Assembly (NCBI GenBank): GCA_963663275.1
Contig: OY760183.1
Location: 3,040,001-3,104,000 of the forward strand
Length of the DNA: 64,000 nucleotides
From: Chloroflexota bacterium
GTDB lineage: Bacteria; Chloroflexota; UBA11872; VXOZ01
Direction: 5' to 3'
Both the position numbers and the translations under genes were made by a program. This document shows, one piece after another, positions 19,107 through 28,923 of the stretch; position 1 is the first letter of the stretch; each line of letters opens with the position of its first letter. The notes under the pieces are model-generated. The model saw nothing but the letters and a program-made list of their open reading frames with translations, had not been told where the DNA came from and did no database searches.

Positions 19107-19264
19107 GGTACTGCGGCACCACCATGCTTCCAAGAGTTCCCGCTTTAGTTGGTCCACTCAGTTGCTAGTGTATAGTCCAATTTGGCCAGAAACTTATCTT
19201 GGACCATTCCGCTCTTTCTGACTAGACTCTTTTTGTCTTGGGTCTGATGCTGAGAAGAAACCCA

Positions 19265-19918
19265 CTAATGCGAACGCCACTCACGCCCAATAAATCCATA
19301 CACCTTTTCCCAAAAGAACTGCCTAGCATGCCGACCATCGGGAACCTCATCAGGGTTGAAGCGAGGTTTTGCTCTCTCGTAACTTGCTGGTGACCAAATC
19401 CCCGTTGAGTTTGTGCTAGGCCGCGGTATCGAAGAAGGATTCCTTCGCCTTCCGCTGGTCATTTTCGGAGATGAGTTTGACAATACCGATGAACTTACGC
19501 TAGGCTCCGGTATCGAAGAAGGATTCCTCTGCGTGCTGCTGGTCTTCTTCAGAGATGAGTTTGACAATACTGATTTCTCATGTTGTTGATCCTTGGCATG
19601 CTCCGAGCGCTGGCGGTCGCTTCTGGATTTCGTGACTTCAGTTTTGTCCTCACTCTTGGTGGCGGGCACTAAAGACCGCAGCAACAACCAAGGTATCGGT
19701 ATGGCGAGCATGGCCCACGGGTTGAAGATCGCCGCGAGCGCTAGTGTCCCGACTGCAAATAGCAAGATGGGAACCCATCGGTCAGACCCTTTAGCTGCAA
19801 CTGCCCATTTCCCCAACGCAAACAGAGCTATCACGTTGACCACAGACCATGGGCCGAAAGACTGCCAGAGGATGTATGAACCGATAGCAGAAGTCGCAAA
19901 CAGAGTGAGCCTTATCAT
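19265..19918 (-). CDS. Hypothetical membrane protein with an internal 28-aa duplication
   Basis: Hydrophobic N-terminal half; 84-bp duplicated unit; lower GC. Confidence 0.6.
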   Translation of the reverse strand: MIRLTLFATSAIGSYILWQSFGPWSVVNVIALFALGKWAVAAKGSDRWVPILLFAVGTLALAAIFNPWAMLAIPIPWLLLRSLVPATKSEDKTEVTKSRSDRQRSEHAKDQQHEKSVLSNSSLKKTSSTQRNPSSIPEPSVSSSVLSNSSPKMTSGRRRNPSSIPRPSTNSTGIWSPASYERAKPRFNPDEVPDGRHARQFFWEKVYGFIGREWRSH

Positions 19919-20173
19919 ATCTGCTCCCTCTATTCAGGTGCTCCGCACACAATCACAGTTTCTGCGTGAAGTATGCCACTATCAATGCAGCGGGGTCAAT
20001 ACCAGCCGGCCGACTCGGAGGCTGAGAATGCTCTCCAAATGGGGCTGCCTTTCATGTACTAATCTGCTTTTCAGTAGGTAGAGTGCGCCTTTTAGATTTA
20101 CTAATGGGAGGCTGGTGTCTCATTGACGGATGTTTTCTTGGTTGCCTATAATCATAGTGTGGCGTTACCACAA

Positions 20174-20261
20174 GCCGAAGTGGCGGAATTGGAAGACGCG
20201 CTAGCTTGAGGGGCTAGTGGGCATTACGCTCGTAAGGGTTCGAGTCCCTTCTTCGGCACCA
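20174..20261 (+). tRNA. tRNA-Leu(GAG)
   Basis: GCCGAAG/CTTCGGC acceptor stem, CTAGC-TTGAGGG-GCTAG anticodon arm, long variable arm, GGTTCGAGTCC, encoded CCA. Confidence 0.97.
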
Positions 20262-20426
20262 CAGCATTACCGGCAGAAAAACCCCCACCCGCGAATCCTC
20301 GCTAGCAGGAGAATAAACTCCCTCTCCCTGGGGAGAGGGCCGGGGTGAGGGGGAATCAGAGAGACTCCTGCATCTCTACGCCCTGAAGCGCCGCGTGCAC
20401 CGCACCGGCCTGAGAGCGCCCGCCCC

Positions 20427-21140
20427 TTAGCGCGCCGTGAAGAGCAGCCGGCCGCAGTTATCGCAGTAGACGAGTTCCTGGCTCTGCTGTGCACGGCGCA
20501 GTTGCGTATCCGGCAGCGCGATATGGCAGAAGGTGCAGCGGCCCTGCGAAACGGCTACCAGCACCTGACCGCCCAGGCGCGCCCGCAGCGACTCGTACGT
20601 CGCCACCAGGGCGCGGTCGTTCTGTTCCCGCAAACCGGCCCGGTCCGCTTCCCGCGCCGGGACTTCCCCCGCCAATTCTCGCAGCCGCGCGCCCCACTCC
20701 TTCCGCTTGGCGGCGAACGCGGTTTCGAGCGATTCGAGCCGCTCGTGCTGCGCGGCGCGAGCCTCTTCGGCCTCCTCCGCGGCCACCATGGCCTGCAAGG
20801 CGCGGTCTTCCCGCACGGAACGCTGTTGCATCAGTTGATCGATGTCGGCCTGCAGGGCTTCCAACTCTCGCGAGCTTACCACGCTGCCGCTGTAGAGGCG
20901 CTGCGACTTCCGCTCTACCTCGGCGGTAAGGGTTGCCAGGGCGAGTTCGGCATCGCGCAAGACGACGCTCGTTTGCTCCTGGGTCCTGGTCAACGACGCC
21001 AGCAACCGCCGCGCCGTTTCGATTTCGCCCTGATCGGCCAGAGCGGCCTCCAGGCGCGCCGACTCCGCGCGGAGAGCGTCTAACTGTAGATCTACCGCCT
21101 GCAATTGTTGCAGGCTGCCAAACGCGAGTGGAGGCATCAC
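20427..21140 (-). CDS. C4-type zinc ribbon coiled-coil protein (DUF164/zf-RING_7)
   Basis: LQQLQAVDLQLD coiled coil; CTFCH..CDNCGRLL. Confidence 0.9.
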   Translation of the reverse strand: MMPPLAFGSLQQLQAVDLQLDALRAESARLEAALADQGEIETARRLLASLTRTQEQTSVVLRDAELALATLTAEVERKSQRLYSGSVVSSRELEALQADIDQLMQQRSVREDRALQAMVAAEEAEEARAAQHERLESLETAFAAKRKEWGARLRELAGEVPAREADRAGLREQNDRALVATYESLRARLGGQVLVAVSQGRCTFCHIALPDTQLRRAQQSQELVYCDNCGRLLFTAR

Positions 21141-21565
21141 GCCGATCCTCTGCCAAGACTTCCGGTTCCCCTGCCATTATACAGTTCTCATCACCGTTGG
21201 AGTGTGCTATGCTCTCTGGGAGCGGATAGCGCGCCGGCCCGCGCCGTCGTGCCGTCCCGCGCCGGGCAGCCTGGGCAGGGCGGAACTACCCCCTGCGAGG
21301 GAGGCTGAGCGCCCCGCACGTTGGCGCGCGGCCGCAGCGGACCGGGCAAGAGCGGAGAGCGGCCACGTGGGCCGAGCGAAACGGCGGGCGATACTCGGCG
21401 CGTCGAGGCGCAAGCGGCATCGTGCCGCGCGACTGGACGGGCCGCTTGTGATTCTCGTATTGTTGGCATACCATTGGTAGACGACACTCGAAAACTGGGA
21501 GATCGACCACACGCGACAAAGCGCGCCATAGTCGGCGGCGCCGGCTGGAGCATACAGGAGGAACC

Positions 21566-22489
21566 ATGAGACGGCTGCAGATTCCATATATCTACCGGAT
21601 TGCGATCCTGAGTCTTGCCCTGCTCATCGCGGGCGCGGCCTGTGGTGTGCAAGAGCAAGAGGCAAGAGAAACGGACTACAGAGCCGATCCCGGCTTGGTA
21701 GCCACGGCGCAAGCCCGCGCCATCGCCGAGGCGGAAGAGAGTAGACGCGACTTGCCGTTGCGCATGGAAGTGAGCGGCGCGGCGGAAGACTCCGAGGTGA
21801 GCTTGGCGCTGAACTCCCACAAGGGATCCGTGTTCGTAAACGGTCGCCGCATGGCTCCGCCCTCGGCCTTCGGCGGCAATACCTTCGTCGTCTGGATCGG
21901 CAACGACGACGGCGGTACGCTCAGATTCGAGAACGGCGGCGCGCTCATCGCCGACATCTCGCGCATCGCCACCCTCTGGACCTATACCACGTTCGATACG
22001 GTGAAAGCGGTCTACGTGACCGCCGAAGAGCACGCCATGGTGGAAACGCCGTCAATCTCCATCGAGGACTCGCCCATGAAACTTATCCTGTCGCGGCCGA
22101 TGCTCATGCGACCGGGCAGGACGTTCCAATTGCAGCCCGCCGAGATTAGCGGCGACGTGAGTACGATTGTGCGCGTCGGCGTCAACGGCGGCCTATCCAT
22201 CACTTTCTCCGGCCTCAAGCAGCCCCGCGAGTACGGCGATAAGTTCCTGCTGCTGTGGGTGCTGGATACGCTGAGCGAAGAACCCACAACCTACAATGGC
22301 TCGTGGCTGACGGTAACGCCAAACGGCGATTCCCAGATCGTCATGCCGACGCCGCCTGAAACCAAGGGCATGAGGCAGTATAACCGCTTGCTCATTACCG
22401 CCGAGAACCTTACGGACGTGAGGGGCCCCAACGACCAGTTGGTCATCTTCACGCTGGATAGCGCAACCCCGTTCTGGGAGACGATCTAG
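21566..22489 (+). CDS. Hypothetical lipoprotein
   Basis: Lipobox-like AGAAC; AGGAGG RBS. Confidence 0.7.
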   Translation: MRRLQIPYIYRIAILSLALLIAGAACGVQEQEARETDYRADPGLVATAQARAIAEAEESRRDLPLRMEVSGAAEDSEVSLALNSHKGSVFVNGRRMAPPSAFGGNTFVVWIGNDDGGTLRFENGGALIADISRIATLWTYTTFDTVKAVYVTAEEHAMVETPSISIEDSPMKLILSRPMLMRPGRTFQLQPAEISGDVSTIVRVGVNGGLSITFSGLKQPREYGDKFLLLWVLDTLSEEPTTYNGSWLTVTPNGDSQIVMPTPPETKGMRQYNRLLITAENLTDVRGPNDQLVIFTLDSATPFWETI

Positions 22490-22517
22490 GCGCGCAGGCG
22501 CACCGAGGTACGCACCG

Positions 22518-23780
22518 ATGGCAACACTTCCCCGCATGGTTCACGTGCGGCAGCGCTTCCCTACGGATCAGATCGACGACCTGCCCGGCACAATTCGCGC
22601 CGAACTGGGGCGGGTAGGGTTGGAAAACGTCATCCGGCCCGGCATGGAGGTGGCCATTACGGCCGGCAGCCGGGGCATTACCCGCATTCCGGAGATCATC
22701 CGCACGGTGGCGGATGCGGTTAAGGCCGCCGGCGCGACGCCCTTCATCGTGCCCACCATGGGCAGCCACGGCGGCGCGATTGCCGAAGGCCAGGCCGCCG
22801 TGCTGCGCGACTACGGCATCACCGAGGAAGCCACCGGCGCGCCAATCCGCGCCACGATGGACGTGGTGGACGTGGGCAAGACCGCCAACGGGGCCACAGT
22901 CTACTTCGACCGCAACGCCTACCACGCCGACGCCGTAATCGTGGCGGCGCGGGTGAAGCCTCACACCAGCTTTCGCGGCCCGGTGGAGAGCGGCCTCTGC
23001 AAGATGATTACCGTGGGCCTGGGCAAGCAGAAGGGCGCGGAGCAGATGCACGCCCACGGCCTGGCGGAGACCATCCCCCAAGCCGCCGCCATCGCGATCG
23101 AGAATTCGAATATCGTGCTCGGGTTGGGCGTCGTCGAAAACGGCTACGACCAGCCGCACACGATCAAAGCGGCGCTGGCGCAGGACATCTACGCGGTTGA
23201 TGCAGAGCTACAAACGCTCTCCAAGACCCTGCTGCCCCGGGTGCCGTTCGACGAACTCGACCTGCTCATCGTGGACGTGATGGGGAAAAACATCTCCGGC
23301 GCGGGGATGGACCCGAACGTCATCGGGCTGAACCGGGGCATGACCATGGACCGGCATCCCAACTACCAGCGGGTGCTGGTGCGCGACCTGACGCCGGAAT
23401 CACACGGCAACTCGGTGGGCATCGGCCACGCCGACTTCGTGACGAAACGCCTGGCCGACAAGATCAACTACTACGACCTCTACATGAACGCCCTCACCGC
23501 CAACAACCCGGCGGTCGCGAAAATTCCCATCACCCTGGAGAACGACAAGGTTGCCGTCGAGACGGCCTTCAAGTCCGCCTGCGCCGGCGCGGCGGAACCG
23601 CGCGTCGTCCGCATCTACAGCACGCTCCACCTGGAATACCTCCTCTTCTCCGAGGCGCTCATCCCGGCGGCGCGGGAGAACCCCAACCTGGAAATCCTCG
23701 ACGCGCCGTATGACTGGAATTTCGACGCCAGAGGCAACCTGGTCGACGAGGGACTGCTCCACCAACCGCAGAGCGCCTAG
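22518..23780 (+). CDS. LarA-like (lactate racemase domain/DUF2088-DUF362) protein
   Basis: AGSRGI, PTMGSHGGA, RVKPHTSF, ESGLCKM, GKNISGAGMDPNV. Confidence 0.85.
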   Translation: MATLPRMVHVRQRFPTDQIDDLPGTIRAELGRVGLENVIRPGMEVAITAGSRGITRIPEIIRTVADAVKAAGATPFIVPTMGSHGGAIAEGQAAVLRDYGITEEATGAPIRATMDVVDVGKTANGATVYFDRNAYHADAVIVAARVKPHTSFRGPVESGLCKMITVGLGKQKGAEQMHAHGLAETIPQAAAIAIENSNIVLGLGVVENGYDQPHTIKAALAQDIYAVDAELQTLSKTLLPRVPFDELDLLIVDVMGKNISGAGMDPNVIGLNRGMTMDRHPNYQRVLVRDLTPESHGNSVGIGHADFVTKRLADKINYYDLYMNALTANNPAVAKIPITLENDKVAVETAFKSACAGAAEPRVVRIYSTLHLEYLLFSEALIPAARENPNLEILDAPYDWNFDARGNLVDEGLLHQPQSA

Positions 23781-24091
23781 GCTGCCGTATCGGGACGCTC
23801 ACCTTTTGCGTGAAGTGAAGCGGTATTGGGCATCACTCTCAGCCCCGTCTTCAATCTGCTGTGACCGCACTTCGACTTTGCCGTTCTAAGTGGCCTGGCG
23901 TCTACTCTTGAACTACACAGTATGATGGGACCCTCGCACATTGCATGATTCCAGATCGCATTGAATTGCACAGAGAGGATAGCCAAGCGGGTACCTTGCT
24001 TCATACAGCAGGTACTCATGGGTAGCTTGCCGGTGTACAATGGAGAGTGTGCGCCTACGCATTCGTGTGTACTCAAGAGGGGACGAGGGCC

Positions 24092-24349
24092 ATGCAACCA
24101 GCGACTCTCGAGTCTAACATCGCTGCCTTCGAGGCTCAGCGAGGGCAGTTAGAGTGTGAGCACTTAGGTAAGTGGGTAGTTTTCTACAACGAAGAGTTGA
24201 TTGGCATCTACGAAGACCTTGAAGATGCAGCGCAAGCAGCACTGGATAGGTTCGGAAGAGGCCCTTATCTCATACGGCAGATCACAAATACGCCAACGCG
24301 GCTCCCAATCTCTTTGACGATCGGCGGGGGCCAGAATGCCGCCCACTAA
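24092..24349 (+). CDS. Small DUF5678-like protein
   Basis: EHLGKWVVFYNEELIGIYED..A..RFGRGPYLIRQI. Confidence 0.7.
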   Translation: MQPATLESNIAAFEAQRGQLECEHLGKWVVFYNEELIGIYEDLEDAAQAALDRFGRGPYLIRQITNTPTRLPISLTIGGGQNAAH

Positions 24350-24788
24350 CGCGGGCTTTATCAACAAGAGCCTGCTCATGCAACATGGTCCCACGCTGTG
24401 GGTTCAGGTCGGATTTGACGTCAACTACAGGGCTGGAGGTGTGCCTGAACTGCCGGGTGACGAATTGCCGGCGCTCATTGATTCGGGCGCTCTGCAAAGC
24501 TGCATTGATCTTGATCTTGCAGTTCGTTTAGGGCTTCTCAGGGTGGATGTCCTTCCAATCATTGGCGTACATGGCGCACAAGACACACCATTCTACATAG
24601 CGCACATTCGCGTGCCGGCATTGCGGCTAACTCGGCGTGGCAAGTTAGCGGGTCTGCCGTTGCAGCGGAGTGGCTTTTCCCACTCAGTCTTGCTGGGGCG
24701 GGATTTCTTAGCCAACGTCAACATGCTGTATCTCGGCGACGTAGGCTCGGTAGAAGTCACTCTGGCAGGCGAGCAGCCTTCTCGCTGA
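24336..24788 (+). CDS. Retropepsin-like aspartyl protease
   Basis: ALIDSGA catalytic motif and VLLGRDFL; overlaps the upstream small ORF. Confidence 0.85.
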   Translation: MPPTNAGFINKSLLMQHGPTLWVQVGFDVNYRAGGVPELPGDELPALIDSGALQSCIDLDLAVRLGLLRVDVLPIIGVHGAQDTPFYIAHIRVPALRLTRRGKLAGLPLQRSGFSHSVLLGRDFLANVNMLYLGDVGSVEVTLAGEQPSR

Positions 24789-24904
24789 GTGCCCCCCATC
24801 TATTCCAAGTGGGAAATTTCCCGTGTCAAGCCAGGATTGCACGCCACTATTCGACCTGTACCGCGAGAATCGGGTACGCGGCATGATATACTGGACATGT
24901 ACAC

Positions 24905-25264
24905 GGGGATGAGTGGATTCGACAGGGTTGGGAGGCCTGAAACTGCGAGCCGAGGCGCTATCACCCTCGTTAATCAGATAGCAACTTTCTTAAGTGCCAA
25001 CAAGCACGATTTTGCTCTCGCGGCTTAACTAAAGCTGTGACGTCCACCCCCGCTTCCTCCGGCGAGCGCGGCTTGGGCGACCTATCAGCCGGGGCGCCGC
25101 GGTTAGCCAGCCTTCGGCGACCGCGAAAGACAAACGGAGGCTAGTCGTCAGGGTTTTTCGTCCGCTCGTGCCCTGAAGGCGAAACCCAAAAGCGGTCTAC
25201 GCTCGTAGAGGTTACAGGAAGAACATCTCTGGACGGGGAGTTCGACTCTCCCCCATCTCCACCA
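24905..25264 (+). ncRNA. ssrA: tmRNA
   Basis: 5' GGGGATG..GGATTCGAC; tag reading frame ANKHDFALAA-stop at 24996-25028; 3' T-arm and CATCTCCACCA. Confidence 0.96.
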
Positions 25265-25309
25265 AAGACAACACTACTCATCTGTAAATTGTAGAAAGAG
25301 AGCGCTAAC

Positions 25310-25621
25310 GTGATTACGGTTTCGGATATGGCGGCGGCGGAGTTGCTGCGGCTGATGGCGGATAACGACCTGGCGGACGCCAAGCTGCGCATCTTCGTGC
25401 AGAGCGAGTGCGGCTGCGGCAAGGTGAACTTCGGCATGGGCTTCGACCAGGAAGTCGAAGACAACGACCAAGTGGTGGATTCCGCCGGCGTCGGCGTGGT
25501 GATGGACCCGCAGGCGTTCGCGGCGCTGGACGGCGCCGCGGTGGAGTACGTGAACGAGGGCGCCCGCCGGGGCTTCAAGATAAGCGGGGTGGATGCCGCT
25601 GGCTGAGGCGGCGGATCCTAG
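25310..25621 (+). CDS. HesB/IscA-like Fe-S assembly protein, probable selenoprotein (ends at 25606 if UGA is a stop)
   Basis: MITVSDMAA..LRIFV..CGCG..FGMGFD..VEY..GFKI; UGA 25604-25606 followed by GGGS-TAG and a hairpin. Confidence 0.8.
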
Positions 25622-25882
25622 AGAGCCCGTGCCGGCTCTCACCATCGTAATAGTGGACGATGCGGGGCGTTCCGCGCTTCCTGGTTAGCCAGGGAGGCGG
25701 AGCGCCCCTCTTGTTTTGCCTGGAGTCAGCGAGTCTGTGCCGCGCGGCGATCCGCGCGCAGGTGTGCGCTGTACCCTCACGGGGCGCTCGCGCGGGCTGC
25801 TCCCGCGGGATTGCCAAACTCTCATCCCCGATTTGCGGTACAGTGGAGGGGGAACCATCCGGTAGTTGGGGGCAGAGAGCCA

Positions 25883-27031
25883 ATGGTCCAAGGGGCGTTA
25901 CCGCTCTTTCGTCTGGCGGGCATCGCGGTGCGCCTCCATTACACGTGGTTCCTGGCATTCTTCCTGATCGCCTGGTCGCTGCCGCGCGCGGTCTTTCCCC
26001 TTGGCTATCCGGGTTGGTCCGAGGCCAACTATTGGGTCGCGGGCAGCGCGGCGGCGCTGCTACTCTTCGCGTCGGTGCTGTTTCACGAGTTCGCGCACTC
26101 GTTCATGGCGCTCGCGCGCGGTTTGAAGGTAGATAGCATCACGCTCTTCGTGTTTGGCGGCGCCGCCGCGCTCACGTCCGAGCCGCGGCGGCCAAGCGAC
26201 GAATTTCTCATCGCCGTGGTCGGACCCGCCAGCAGCCTGCTCCTGGCCGTCGTCTTCTTCATACTCAGCGGCCTCATTCCCCTGGACGTGCCGGCGCGCG
26301 CGCTCGCCATCTACCTAGCGCTGGCGAACGGCGGCCTTGCCGTTTTCAACTTGCTGCCCGGCTTTCCGCTGGACGGCGGCCGGTTGTTCCGCTCCATCGT
26401 CTGGGCGGTTACCGGCAGCATGAAGAAGGGGACAACCATTGCCACCATTGTGGGGCAGGTCTTCGCCTTCGGCCTCATCGCTCTAGGCATCTACCTGGTC
26501 TTCAACGGCGGCCTCCTGTTCGGTATCTGGAATATCTTCATCGGCTGGTTCCTGAATGGCGCCGCCGCCGCCAATCGCCGCCAGATGACGCAGGACGAGG
26601 CGCTGCGCGGCATCGACGCCGCCAGCCTCATGCGCGCCAATCCACCTGTGGCGCATCCCGACGAGACGATGGACAGTGTGGTGCTGACCATGCTCGCCGA
26701 TGAAGGCGTCCGCGCCCTGCCGGTGGTGCGGGAGGGCCAGGTGGCGGGCATCATCACCATCAGCGACGTGCGCGGCGTGCGCCAAACCGACTGGTACCGC
26801 ACACCCGCGGCCCGCGTCATGACGCCCGCGCCGCTCGTCACCGTGGCGCCAAACGAACCTATCCTGCGCGTCTTCGAACTGCTGGAAGAACATCACATCC
26901 ACCACGTGCTCGTAATGGACGGCAGCGCCCTGGCGGGCGTGCTGAGCCGGAGCGACATGGTACGCTGGCTCGAACTTTCCGGTTCGCCGGCGGCCAACAG
27001 CCCACACGCCCGGCGGGAGAGAGAGCGCTAG
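25883..27031 (+). CDS. Site-2 protease (M50) with CBS domains
   Basis: HEFAH, NLLPGFPLDGGR, two CBS domains. Confidence 0.93.
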   Translation: MVQGALPLFRLAGIAVRLHYTWFLAFFLIAWSLPRAVFPLGYPGWSEANYWVAGSAAALLLFASVLFHEFAHSFMALARGLKVDSITLFVFGGAAALTSEPRRPSDEFLIAVVGPASSLLLAVVFFILSGLIPLDVPARALAIYLALANGGLAVFNLLPGFPLDGGRLFRSIVWAVTGSMKKGTTIATIVGQVFAFGLIALGIYLVFNGGLLFGIWNIFIGWFLNGAAAANRRQMTQDEALRGIDAASLMRANPPVAHPDETMDSVVLTMLADEGVRALPVVREGQVAGIITISDVRGVRQTDWYRTPAARVMTPAPLVTVAPNEPILRVFELLEEHHIHHVLVMDGSALAGVLSRSDMVRWLELSGSPAANSPHARRERER

Positions 27032-27166
27032 CCCGCGCGCCGGTCGCTACGGCAGAAAAGAGAGTTCCGCCACCGTCCGGCGGCGCGCGCGTCAGCCGGG
27101 CGTACCGCCGGCCGGGCCAGGCGCAGGCTAGGCAATGTCAACCACGCACCAACGGGAGTACATCAC

Positions 27167-28765
27167 ATGAGCAGCGAAACCGGCCTTCTGGCGCACTGGA
27201 AGTTCAATGGCGACTGCCGGGACTCATCCGGCAACGGCAACCACGCCACCAACCGGGGCGCGGATCTCGCCGCCCTGGGACGCGACGGCAATGCCTACGG
27301 CGCAGCGCGCTTCGACGGCCGCGCCGCTTATGTGGAAGCGCCACACAGCGACTCGCTGGCCCTCGGCGGCGGCGATTTCACGCTCTCCGCCTGGGTGCAA
27401 CTGCCGCCCGACGGCGCGAACCTGCACGGCGACATCATCAGCAAGTACGATCCCGCCACCCGCAGCGGCCTGAACTTCGGCACGCTAAACTACGCCGGGG
27501 TCACCGCCGCCCAGGCCCATCACCGCAACCTGCACTTCGGCATCGACGACGGCGCGCAAACGCCGCCATGGGCAGACTGCGGCCGGCCGGGCAACAACCT
27601 GCGCGTCTACTCCCTGGCCGTCTACAACGGCGAACTCTACACCGGCACCTTCGAGTGGGGCGCGGACGAGGCCGGGCACGTGTACCGCTACGCGGGCGGC
27701 GAGACCTGGGAAGATTGCGGCAGTCCGGACACGTGCAATACCGTGGCGTCGCTGGCCGTGTTCAGGGGCGAACTCTACGCCGGCACGTCCCGCTATAAAG
27801 CCGGCGGCTCCGCGCTGGAAGACTCGCCGAACAAGCACCCCGGCGGCGCAATCTACCGCTACCGGGGGGACGCGGCCTGGGAGTACTGCGGGCGCTTGGA
27901 AGGCGCGGATTCCATCGCCGGCATGGCCGTGTACAACGGCGAACTCTACGCCATACCGCTCTACAGCCAGGGTGTCTTCCGCTACCTGGGCGGGCAGGAC
28001 TGGGCATACTGCGGCACGCCCGGCCGCCGCATGATGGCAATCACCGTCTTCAAAGGGCATCTCTACGGCGCGGGCAACGAAGGCGGCGGCGTCTTCCGCT
28101 ACGACGGCGGCGCCGACTGGACGCCCTGCGGCTTTCAGGAAGGCGTCACCCAGGTGTACTCCTTTGCCGCCTACCGGGGCGACCTCTACGTGGGCACGTG
28201 GCCCAACGGCACGGTCTTTCGCTGGGACGGCCGGGAAACGTGGGAGAGCGTGGGCCGCCTGGATGACGAGAAGGAAGTGATGGCCATGGCGGTGTACAAC
28301 GGCAAGCTCTACGCAGGCACGCTGCCGCTGGCGAACGTCTATCGCTACGAGGGCGGGACAACCTGGACGAACACCGGACAACTGGACACCACGCCGGACG
28401 TAAAATACCGGCGGGTTTGGTCGATGGCAATCTATCGGGGCAAACTCTTCGGGGGCACGCTGCCGTCGGGCCGGGTCTACGCCCTGCAAGCCGGCGCGAA
28501 CGTAACCTACGAACACGCCCTGGCGCCGGGCTGGCGGCACCTGGCCGCAGTGAGGGAGTCCGACCGGCTGCGGCTCTACGTAGACGGCGCGCCGGTGGCC
28601 ATTTCTGACGAATCGGCCCGCGTTCCTCCCGACATCGCGAACTCCCAACCGCTGCGCATCGGCTTCGGCCAGCACACCCACTTCAACGGCAGCATGGCCG
28701 ACGTGCGCGTGCATGGCCGCGCCCTCAGTACGGAGGATATCGCCGCGCTTCAGCAAGCGCCTTAG
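27167..28765 (+). CDS. LamG-like jellyroll protein with an inserted beta-propeller
   Basis: HWKFNG..DSSGNGNH..FTLSAWV at the N-terminus and WRHLAAV..LYVDG..FNGSMADVRV at the C-terminus flank about 7 repeats of (LAVYNGELYxGT..VYRY.G..W..CG). Confidence 0.85.
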   Translation: MSSETGLLAHWKFNGDCRDSSGNGNHATNRGADLAALGRDGNAYGAARFDGRAAYVEAPHSDSLALGGGDFTLSAWVQLPPDGANLHGDIISKYDPATRSGLNFGTLNYAGVTAAQAHHRNLHFGIDDGAQTPPWADCGRPGNNLRVYSLAVYNGELYTGTFEWGADEAGHVYRYAGGETWEDCGSPDTCNTVASLAVFRGELYAGTSRYKAGGSALEDSPNKHPGGAIYRYRGDAAWEYCGRLEGADSIAGMAVYNGELYAIPLYSQGVFRYLGGQDWAYCGTPGRRMMAITVFKGHLYGAGNEGGGVFRYDGGADWTPCGFQEGVTQVYSFAAYRGDLYVGTWPNGTVFRWDGRETWESVGRLDDEKEVMAMAVYNGKLYAGTLPLANVYRYEGGTTWTNTGQLDTTPDVKYRRVWSMAIYRGKLFGGTLPSGRVYALQAGANVTYEHALAPGWRHLAAVRESDRLRLYVDGAPVAISDESARVPPDIANSQPLRIGFGQHTHFNGSMADVRVHGRALSTEDIAALQQAP

Positions 28766-28849
28766 ACCCTGCTAACGATCGTTTGTCCGCACGAGGGTCG
28801 TTCGCCCTGAGCCTGTCGAAGGGTGAGTGGAGCCGCCGCTAAATCCCCG

Positions 28850-28873
28850 GTAGCGCAGGTTTGCAACCTGCGC
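28850..28873. repeat. GTAG-type REP family E (GTAGCGCAGGTTTGCAACCTGCGC)
   Basis: Palindrome with a GTAG foot; second copy at 51335-51358. Confidence 0.75.
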
Positions 28874-28923
28874 AAACCCGTTTGCGGTTCTTTCCCCGGC
28901 GCCATTACCCTGAACGGCGCACG

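Noticed and set aside
21219-21446. RNase P RNA or SRP RNA
   Set aside because: Lacks the GAGGAAAGUCC and SRP GGAA-loop/AGCAG signatures; kept only as an unknown structured RNA candidate
20174-25264. Integrative element at tRNA-Leu or tmRNA
   Set aside because: No integrase and no duplicated 3' end of either RNA was found in the window
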